Source of the DNA: Gaiellaceae bacterium
GTDB taxonomy: Bacteria; Actinomycetota; Thermoleophilia; Gaiellales; Gaiellaceae
Reading direction: 5' to 3'
DNA: 64,000 nt
NCBI GenBank assembly: GCA_050697455.1
Contig: JBOGZU010000011.1
Location: forward strand, 2,278-66,277
Shown piece after piece: positions 30,801 to 37,994 of this stretch; the first letter of the stretch is position 1; every line of letters begins with the position of its first letter. The notes below the pieces were generated by a model. It was given only the letters and a program-made list of their open reading frames with translations. It did not search any database and had not been told where the DNA came from. A program made the position numbers and the translations under genes.

Positions 30801-31537
30801 GGCGGACCGCGGCCGCGTCGCTCGTCGCGGCGGCGGTCTTCGCGCCGCACGCCTCGGCGGGCACGGGGCTCAGCGTCAGCCCGCTGCGGCTGGCGCTCGT
30901 TGGGAGATCGAGCGCGACCATCACCGTGCGGAATCCGAGCGGACGGCCACTGCTCGTCGCGGCCGGCCGGGCCGGCTTTGCGCGCACGCTGCGAGGCCGG
31001 CCGCGGGTCCGTGCCGTGCGTGGCGCCGCCGACTGGCTGCGGGTCCGTCCGCGGCGCCTTCGGCTCGCGCCGCACGCGACCGGGACGCTTCGGGTCACGG
31101 CGCTGACGCCCTCGACCGCGGCGGCCGGCGACCATCCCGCGCTCGTCCTGCTCGGAACCCGCCAGCCCGGCGACCGGCGCGTCCGGGTTCTCCTGCGCGT
31201 CGGGGTCGTCGTCCTCGTCCATGTCACCGGCCCTGTGGTGCGGCGGCTCGAGCCACAGGCGCTCACGGTCGAACGGCGGGGCAGGAAGCGACTCTTCGAG
31301 TTGCGGCTCGCCAACCGCGGCAACGTCCTGGAAAGACTCGGCGGCGCCCGGCTGCGGCTCGTTCTGCTGCGCGGCGGCACCGCTATCGCGAGGCTGCGGC
31401 CTCGCCGGCTGGAGCTGCTGCCGCACAGCGCGGGTATCGCCGAGTTCGTCTATCGCGGCCGCCTGCGCGGCAGGATCGACGCCCGCGCCGAGTTGGCTTC
31501 ACCGGGGCGCTCGCGCTCTTATCGGCTCAGGCTGTGA
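30797..31537 (+). CDS. secreted PapD-/DUF916-like beta-sandwich (chaperone-like) protein, very Arg-rich
   Basis: GTGA overlap with the LTD gene. The signal is VRRTAAASLVAAAVFAPHASA. GLSVSPLRLALVGRSSATITVRNPSGRPLLV resembles the first strands of pilus-chaperone/DUF916 folds. Confidence 0.55.
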   Translation: MRRTAAASLVAAAVFAPHASAGTGLSVSPLRLALVGRSSATITVRNPSGRPLLVAAGRAGFARTLRGRPRVRAVRGAADWLRVRPRRLRLAPHATGTLRVTALTPSTAAAGDHPALVLLGTRQPGDRRVRVLLRVGVVVLVHVTGPVVRRLEPQALTVERRGRKRLFELRLANRGNVLERLGGARLRLVLLRGGTAIARLRPRRLELLPHSAGIAEFVYRGRLRGRIDARAELASPGRSRSYRLRL

Positions 31538-32162
31538 CGCGGCGGATGAACTCCGCCTCCGGCACCGAGCCATCCCAACGCGGCTCGCCGTCGACCACGA
31601 TCCGAGGCACCGCGTAGACGCCCATCTCCTGCGAGAGCTGCGGGAACTCGTTCGCCTCGATTGCAGTCGCAGTCACCCGCTCGGAGGCGAGAGCGCAACG
31701 GAACGCCAGCAGAACGGCCGGCGGGCAATGCGGTCAGGTCGGCGTGACGAAGACGTCGAGCGAGAGGTCGCGCTCGAGCTCCTCGAGCACCGCGACCGAC
31801 TCCGGCTGCAGCGACGACTCGGCCCGTCCCGCCTCCACGATCGCGCCGACAAGCGAGCCCATCTCGTAGCCCCAGGGCAGCCCGTCGTAGCGGACGCCGG
31901 CGTCGCGGCCCGCGGGCCGGACGGAGATGGACGGGAAGCGGGGCACGTCCGCCGGCTCCTCCTCGACGCGGTGCGTCACGCTCTCGCCGAGCTCGGCCAG
32001 CGCTTCCACGAGCCGCAGCGCCTCGGCGCCGAAGTCGACGTCGCCCGCTCCCGCCAGCGGCGTCTCCTCCGGCCCCAACGCGACGACGAGCTCGACGGGC
32101 CGCTCGAGCTCGGCGAACCACGCGCGCACCTTCTCGGTCTCCTCCGGGCGAAAGATCCCCAT
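31527..32162 (-). CDS. glutaredoxin-like/PDO-type thioredoxin-fold protein, candidate selenoprotein (UGA at 31734..31736; motif T-U-P-H-C)
   Basis: ORF 31734..32162 ends ...LSLDVFVTPT then TGA. The same frame continues for 68 codons with no stop: PHCPPAVLLAFRCALASERVTATAIEANEFPQLSQEMGVYAVPRIVVDGEPRWDGSVPEAEFIRRVTA. This matches the CPYC unit of glutaredoxin-like PDO proteins. Confidence 0.65.
31704..31723 (-). promoter_or_regulatory. possible SECIS-like hairpin downstream of the UGA at 31734..31736
   Basis: The RNA CGCCGGC-CGUUCU-GCUGGCG forms 7 bp including one G-U pair. It starts 10 nt after the UGA and has GU in the loop. It has not been folded computationally. Confidence 0.35.
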
Positions 32163-32169
32163 GGCCGCG

Positions 32170-33582
32170 TTATGCCCGGGCGTGGAGGTCTTCGATCGCG
32201 CGCTCGAGCTCGTCGAGCCGCGCGGCGCCGAACTCGCGCACCGTCCCGTGGGCGTCGACGGCGACGTTCGTCGGGACGCCGCGTACGCCGAGCTCGCCGG
32301 CGAGCTTGCCCTCGGGGTCGAGCAGGATCGGCCCCTTGATCCCCCACATTTCGCAGAAACGCTCGACCTCGGGACGGGGCTCCGTCCCCTCCCAGATGTC
32401 GACGAGAATCACCTCGGGGCCCGACCGGGCCCCTTCGCGAATGCGCAGCTCCTCGAGGAACGGCGCCTCCGCGTTGCACGGCCCTCACCAGGAGGCGAAG
32501 AAGTTGAGGATGTACTTCTTCTCGGCCCAGTCGTCGTTCGTGCGGCGCTCGCCCGTCCAGTAGTCCTCGAGCGAGAACTCCGGCAGGCGCTTCCCGATCC
32601 ACGGGCTCGGCTCCTCGACCACCGGCACGGGAGGGCGCGCCGCGAGGAGGTCCTCGACGATCGACAAAGTCTGGCTGCCGGCGTTGGCGACGAGGACGCG
32701 GCCGTCGTGCCGGTCGACCACGACGCCGCCAGGCCCGTTGCCGACCGGGATCTGCGTCCACTCGGTGCGGTCGGCCACGCCGATCACCGTGAGCGTCCCG
32801 GCGCCGCGGTTCGTCACGTAGATCCGATCGTGAGCGGGCGCGACGGTGAGGCCGACGGGCGCCTGGCCGGTGCGGATCTCCTCCACGACCTCGTGCGAGT
32901 CGAGGTCGACGCGCGAGACCGTGCCGGCGATCGAGTTGACGATGAACGCCTCGCCGCGCTCGGGAAGGATCCCGATCGCGCAGGTGCCGGTGCCGAGCTC
33001 GAGGCGTCCGATCTCCTCGAAGGACTCTGCGTCGAAGAGGTTCGCGGAGGCAGCGACGAAGTTGACGCAGATAACGAGGTTGCGCGTCGGGTCGACGCCG
33101 ATCGCGCCGGCGCCCGGCTCCGCGTCGACCGTCGCCACCGTTTCGAGCGAGTCGAGGTCGATGACGCTCATCGTCGAGCCGAGCGAGTTGCCGACGTAGA
33201 GGCGGCGGAACTCCGGGACGTGCGTGAGCCCGGACGGATAACCGCCGACGGGCAACGTGGTCTCCACCTCGAGCGTGGCCGAGTCGATGACCGTCACGGA
33301 ATCGGAGTGGGCGTCCGCCGTGAAGACGCGGCCGGTCTGCTCGTCGAGCCCGATGTCGATCGGTTCTGCTCCGGTGGAGATCTCCGCGATCACCCCGTGC
33401 TCCTCGAGGTCGACGACCGAGACGAAGTCGCTGCGGGAGCAGGCGACGAAGGCCCGCCGCCGCTCGACGTCGACGGCGATTCCCTCGGGGTCGAGGCCGA
33501 CCGGGATCTCGGCCACCTGCCGCCACGGCGTTCGCGCGTCGATACGGCACGCCGCGCCGACCGGGAAGGTCGCCTCCTCCAT
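32170..33582 (-). CDS. YVTN-type beta-propeller fused to a TlpA/ResA-like redoxin domain, candidate selenoprotein (UGA at 32485..32487; motif W-U-G-P-C)
   Basis: ORFs 32485..33582 and 32170..32412 share one frame with no other stop between them. Read-through gives ...KKYILNFFASW-[TGA]-GPCNAEAPFLEEL...GVRGVPTNVAVDAHGTV. The N-terminal 365 aa carry repeated ...V.VID... propeller repeats. Confidence 0.7.
32459..32475 (-). promoter_or_regulatory. weak candidate SECIS-like hairpin downstream of the UGA at 32485..32487
   Basis: The RNA AACGCG-GAGG-CGCCGUU forms a stem with one bulged C, 9 nt after the UGA. Alternative foldings exist (GAGG/CCUC). It needs computational folding. Confidence 0.25.
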
Positions 33583-33641
33583 CGCGCGAGTATCGCTGTT
33601 CGCGCCTGAGGCAGGAATAAGAACCGTCTAGGATCGAGCGC

Positions 33642-34778
33642 ATGTCCGACGTCCTGATCTACGCCGATTCGATGCGCTCCGCCGACCTGCGGCACGCCAT
33701 CCCGCTCGGGGTCCCCGACCCCATCCTCTACGCCGAGGCGCACGGTGCGAAGCACGTTTTCACCCACGCGATGGAAGCGCCACGCCTGCGCGCGCTCGGG
33801 CTCTTCGAGGTGCATGTGTCCGAGGAGTTCGGCTCCGACGAGCTGCTCGAGTCCGGGTTGAAGTCGCCGGAGATCCGTGCCCAACTCGCGGCTCGCGAGG
33901 TCGCGAGCCTCGGTCTGAAGCGTGTAGCCGTCCCCGAGGAGTTTCCCGTCTGGCTCGCGGATCACTTGCGCGCCGAAGGCGTCGAGATCGTGCCGGACCA
34001 GGACTTCTTCGACGACCGCCGGCGCTCGAAGACCGACGCTCAGCTCGCCGGGATGAGGCGCGCCCAGAAGGCCGCCGAGGCCGCGATGGACACCTGCCGC
34101 GACCTGCTGCGCCGCTCCGAGATCAAGGGCGACGAGCTGATCCTGGACGGCCAGCCGCTCACCGTCGAGCGCGTCAAGGCAGCCATGAACGTCACGTTCG
34201 CCGAGCACGACACCACGCCCGACGAGTACATCGTCGCGCCGGGCGCGCAGGGCGCCGTCGGGCACGACATGGGCTCCGGGCCGATTCCGCCGCACACGCC
34301 GCTCGTCGTGGACATCTTCCCGCGCGACAACGCGTCCGCCGTGTTCACGGACATGACTCGCACCTTCGTCGTCGGCGACGTCGCGGACGACGTGCGCGAG
34401 TGGCACCGCCTCGTCAAGGAGGCTCTCGACCGCGCTCTCGCCGAGATCCGCGCGGGGCAGGAGGGACGCGCGATATTCGACGGGACGTGCGAGATCTTCG
34501 AGGCGGCGGGCGAATCGACGCAGCGCACGAAGAAGCCGGGCGAGCCGCTCGCCGACGGGTTCTTTCACGGCCTCGGGCATGGCGTCGGCCTGCAGGTGCA
34601 TGAAGCGCCTGGAATGGGACGCATTTCCGACAAGAAGCTCGTCGCCGGCGACGTGGTCACGGTCGAGCCGGGCCTCTACCGGCAGGGGTACGGCGGCGTC
34701 CGGCTCGAGGACATCGTCCTCGTCACCGAGAGCGGCGTCGAGAACCTGACGAACTATCCGTACGACCTCGCCCCTTGA
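33642..34778 (+). CDS. M24 family Xaa-Pro aminopeptidase/dipeptidase
   Basis: It contains DMTRTFVVG, HGLGHGVGLQVHEAP, VVTVEPGLY and GVRLEDIVLVT. Confidence 0.9.
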   Translation: MSDVLIYADSMRSADLRHAIPLGVPDPILYAEAHGAKHVFTHAMEAPRLRALGLFEVHVSEEFGSDELLESGLKSPEIRAQLAAREVASLGLKRVAVPEEFPVWLADHLRAEGVEIVPDQDFFDDRRRSKTDAQLAGMRRAQKAAEAAMDTCRDLLRRSEIKGDELILDGQPLTVERVKAAMNVTFAEHDTTPDEYIVAPGAQGAVGHDMGSGPIPPHTPLVVDIFPRDNASAVFTDMTRTFVVGDVADDVREWHRLVKEALDRALAEIRAGQEGRAIFDGTCEIFEAAGESTQRTKKPGEPLADGFFHGLGHGVGLQVHEAPGMGRISDKKLVAGDVVTVEPGLYRQGYGGVRLEDIVLVTESGVENLTNYPYDLAP

Positions 34779-34880
34779 CTATTCCTGCCGAATCCGGGTA
34801 AAAGCTTTTTCCAAATACATCGGAAGGCGACGGTCGGCCCGCGGGGCCGCCGCCGCCGCCGAGAAGGAGGGCAACCTGGC

Positions 34881-35552
34881 ATGGGTGTTCTTGCCCAGGA
34901 TCAGCCGGTCACCGTCGTGCAGGGAGTTCCGGCGGCAGATCCGGCGCCGCTCGGGCTCGCAGCGTTTGCGCTGACGACGTTCCTGCTCAGCGGCCACAAC
35001 GCCAGCTTCATTCCCGATGCAGTCTGGATCGGCCCCGCGCTCTTCTACGGCGGCATGGCGCAGTTCGCCGCCGGGATGTGGGAGTTCCGGAACCGGAACG
35101 TTTTCGGCGCAACTGCGTTCTCGACGTACGGCGGCTTCTGGATGGGGCTCGGCATCATCGTCGTGCTCGCCGATCTCTCGAAGACGTTTGCCGGTGCACT
35201 AGCGGGGACGGACCTCTTTAACGGGCTCGCATGGTTCCTCTTGGCGTTCGCGATCTTCAACACGTACATGCTGCTCTGGAGCATGCGCGTCAGCGGTGCC
35301 GTCTTCGGGGTCTTCCTCACCCTGGAGATCACGGAGATCCTGCTCGTGATCGGGTTCTTCAACCTGTCGCACGGCGGCAGCACATGGATCCTCCACGCGG
35401 GCGGTTGGGCCGGCATCGTCACGGCGGGCGTCGCCTGGTACGCGTCCGCGGCGGGCGTCGTCAACGGCATGTCGCCGACACCCGTCCTGCCCGTCGGTGC
35501 CGCTCCGATCGGTCGCGTCGGATCGCCGATGCCGCGGAGAGTGGAGGCGTAG
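34881..35552 (+). CDS. satP: GPR1/FUN34/YaaH (AceTr/SatP) acetate/succinate channel
   Basis: It contains ADPAPLGLAAFALTTFLLS, YGGMAQFAAGMWEFRNRN and YGGFWMGLG. SD is GAAGGAGGG. It lies immediately upstream of acs. Confidence 0.85.
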   Translation: MGVLAQDQPVTVVQGVPAADPAPLGLAAFALTTFLLSGHNASFIPDAVWIGPALFYGGMAQFAAGMWEFRNRNVFGATAFSTYGGFWMGLGIIVVLADLSKTFAGALAGTDLFNGLAWFLLAFAIFNTYMLLWSMRVSGAVFGVFLTLEITEILLVIGFFNLSHGGSTWILHAGGWAGIVTAGVAWYASAAGVVNGMSPTPVLPVGAAPIGRVGSPMPRRVEA

Positions 35553-35555
35553 CGA

Positions 35556-37538
35556 GTGGCGAACGACACGGATCAGCAGCACTCGATCGAGACGATGCTC
35601 CTCGAGGAGCGGACGTATCCGCCGCCCGCGGACTTCGCCGCGCACGCGAACGCGCAGCCCGACATCTACGACGTCCCCTTCGAGGAGTTCTGGGAGCGGG
35701 AGGGACGCGAGCGGCTGACGTGGTTCGAGCCCTTCACCGACCTCTACCAGTGGGAGCCGCCGTACGCGAAGTGGTACCTCGGCGGCAAGCTCAACGTCTG
35801 CTTCAACTGCGTCGACCGGCACGTCGAAGCGGGTGACGGCGGCATTGTCGCGTACCACTGGGAGGGCGAGCCGGAAGGGGAGACGCGCACGATCACGTAC
35901 GCGGATCTCCAGAAGGACGTCGTCCGCTTCGCGAACGGGCTCAAGAAGCTCGGCGTGAAGAAGGGGACGCCGGTCGCGATCTACATGGGGATGGTCCCCG
36001 AGCTACCGGTGGCGATGCTCGCGTGCACGCGGCTCGGTGCGCCGCACACGGTCGTCTTCGGCGGCTTCTCGGCCGACTCTCTGTCGGGGCGGATGAACGA
36101 CATGAAGTGCGAGGTCCTCATCACCCAGGACGAGGCCTGGCGGCGCGGCTCGACCGTGCCGCTGAAGAAGGTCGCCGACGAGGCGATGGCCGACGCTGCC
36201 GTCGCCAAGAGCTGCGTCGTCCTCCGCCGCACCGGCAACGACGTGGCGATGGAAGAGGGCCGCGACCACTGGTGGCACGAGCTCGAGGAGGGCTGCTCCG
36301 ACGACGCCGAGTCGTGTCCGTGCGAGCCGATGGACAGCGAGGACCTGCTGTTCCTCATGTACACGAGCGGCACGACGGCGACGCCGAAGGGGATCATCCA
36401 CACGACCGCCGGCTACCTCACCGGCGTCGCAGCGACGCACCACTACATCTTCGACCTGAAACGGGACGAGGACGTCTACTGGTGCGCCGCCGACATCGGC
36501 TGGATCACCGGTCACAGCTACATCGTCTACGGGCCGCTCTGCAACCGGACGACGTCCGTCATGTACGAGGGGACGCCGGACTTCCCCGACAAGGACCGCT
36601 GGTGGGCGATCGTCGAGAAGTACAACGTGACGATCCTCTACACGGCTCCGACGGCGGTCCGCTCGCACATGAAATGGGGGCCCGAGTACGCGCAGCAGCA
36701 CGACCTCTCATCACTGCGCCTGCTCGGCTCCGTGGGCGAGCCGATCAACCCGGAGGCGTGGATCTGGTACCGCGAGCACATCGGCGGCGACCGGACCCCG
36801 GTCGTGGACACCTGGTGGCAAACCGAGACGGGGATGATCCTCATCACGCCGCTGCCGGGGATCACGACTCTGAAGCCAGGCTCGGCGACGCGTCCGTTCC
36901 CGGGTGTCGTACCTGCCGTGTACGACGAGCAGGGCAACGAGGTCGGGCCCGGTGGGGGCGGTTATCTCGTCCTCAAGAAGCCGTGGCCGGCGATGCTTCG
37001 TGGCATCTTCGGCGACGACCAGCGCTACCGGGACACGTACTGGTCGAAGTACGAGGACATCTACCTCGCGGGAGACGGAGCCCGGATCGACCAGGACGGC
37101 GACTTCTGGCTGCTCGGCCGGATCGACGACGTGATGAACGTCTCCGGGCACCGCATCTCGACGATCGAGGTCGAGTCGGCGCTCGTCGATCACCAGGAAG
37201 TCGCGGAGGCGGCGGTCTGCTCCCGCGCCGACTCCGTGACGGGCGAGGCGATCGTCGCGTACGTGACGCTGAAGGGCGGTGCAGAGGGCTCCGTCGAGAA
37301 GCTCGAGGAGCTGCGCGACCACGTCGCGCAGAAGATCGGGCCGATCGCGAAGCCGGCGAACATCGTCTTTACGCCGGAGTTGCCGAAGACCCGCAGCGGC
37401 AAGATCATGCGCCGCCTCCTTCGGGACGTCGCCAACGATCGCCAGCTCGGCGACACCACGACGCTCGCCGATCCCACGGTGGTCGACGAGATCTCGAAGC
37501 GCGCGGCCGACGAGAAGGCGCAGGAAGCCGAGTCGTAG
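35556..37538 (+). CDS. acs: acetyl-CoA synthetase
   Basis: 660 aa. It contains YTSGTTATPKGIIHTTAGY, WWQTETG and RSGKIMRRLLR. Confidence 0.95.
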   Translation: MANDTDQQHSIETMLLEERTYPPPADFAAHANAQPDIYDVPFEEFWEREGRERLTWFEPFTDLYQWEPPYAKWYLGGKLNVCFNCVDRHVEAGDGGIVAYHWEGEPEGETRTITYADLQKDVVRFANGLKKLGVKKGTPVAIYMGMVPELPVAMLACTRLGAPHTVVFGGFSADSLSGRMNDMKCEVLITQDEAWRRGSTVPLKKVADEAMADAAVAKSCVVLRRTGNDVAMEEGRDHWWHELEEGCSDDAESCPCEPMDSEDLLFLMYTSGTTATPKGIIHTTAGYLTGVAATHHYIFDLKRDEDVYWCAADIGWITGHSYIVYGPLCNRTTSVMYEGTPDFPDKDRWWAIVEKYNVTILYTAPTAVRSHMKWGPEYAQQHDLSSLRLLGSVGEPINPEAWIWYREHIGGDRTPVVDTWWQTETGMILITPLPGITTLKPGSATRPFPGVVPAVYDEQGNEVGPGGGGYLVLKKPWPAMLRGIFGDDQRYRDTYWSKYEDIYLAGDGARIDQDGDFWLLGRIDDVMNVSGHRISTIEVESALVDHQEVAEAAVCSRADSVTGEAIVAYVTLKGGAEGSVEKLEELRDHVAQKIGPIAKPANIVFTPELPKTRSGKIMRRLLRDVANDRQLGDTTTLADPTVVDEISKRAADEKAQEAES

Positions 37539-37546
37539 TCCTCTCC

Positions 37547-37596
37547 CTACCATTTGCCGCCGGCGGGGGATTGGCTCCGTCGGCGGCGAATGGTAG
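37547..37596 (+). terminator. long hairpin immediately after acs (possible terminator or 3' stabiliser; no U-tract)
   Basis: CTACCATTTGCCGCCG...CGGCGGCGAATGGTAG forms a 16-bp stem with one G-U pair. It starts 9 nt after the stop. Confidence 0.45.
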
Positions 37597-37861
37597 AACC
37601 GCTGTGCTGCGGATAGCTGCGCAGGTCGAAGGCACTCCAACGGGCGGATCCGGGCGAGGTGCCAACTGGACCGCCGACCTGGCAAGAATCGCCGCTGTCC
37701 GCTCTTGCTGGATGCGCCAGGCCCTCGCGGGCCGGCGCGCGCCCGCATTCGCGACGCCCCCGTCAAGGCGAGCTCTCGCAGCTCTCCGGCGCATCGAGCG
37801 CAGCGCGCTGTACGAGTCGCTGAGCCAGCGCATCCCCTCGCACGGCGTGGACGTCCTCGCT

Positions 37862-37990
37862 CTAGTCCTCCTCTCCTAACTCCTCGCATTCGAGGCAGAC
37901 CCAGGGCTCCGCGGGCTTGTCGCCGGCGCTCAGGTCGGCAGGCACCATCGTCACCCCGCAGCGTTGGCAGATCGGCGGACGATCGTCCAC
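37862..37990 (-). CDS. small zinc-ribbon protein (42 aa), below the ORF-track cutoff
   Basis: A GTG 4 nt after the M16 peptidase stop gives VDDRPPICQRCGVTMVPADLSAGDKPAEPWVCLECEELGEED. It has two CxxC pairs and high GC3. Confidence 0.5.
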   Translation of the reverse strand: MDDRPPICQRCGVTMVPADLSAGDKPAEPWVCLECEELGEED

Positions 37991-37994
37991 GCGC

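Noticed and set aside
33614-33639. A GGAAT box at 33614..33618 as a possible SigH-type promoter near the candidate selenoprotein operon.
   Set aside because: It faces pepP, not the redox operon. The triplet 18 nt downstream is AGC rather than GTT.
37712-37879. A 56-codon plus-strand ORF in the acs/zinc-ribbon gap (MRQALAGRRAPAFATPPSRRALAALRRIERSALYESLSQRIPSHGVDVLALVLLS). It has high GC3 and a faint resemblance to the first helices of GntR/FadR regulators.
   Set aside because: It has no SD and is too short for a regulator. It overlaps the convergent zinc-ribbon ORF end, and the resemblance is weak. It could be a gene remnant, but I cannot support a call.
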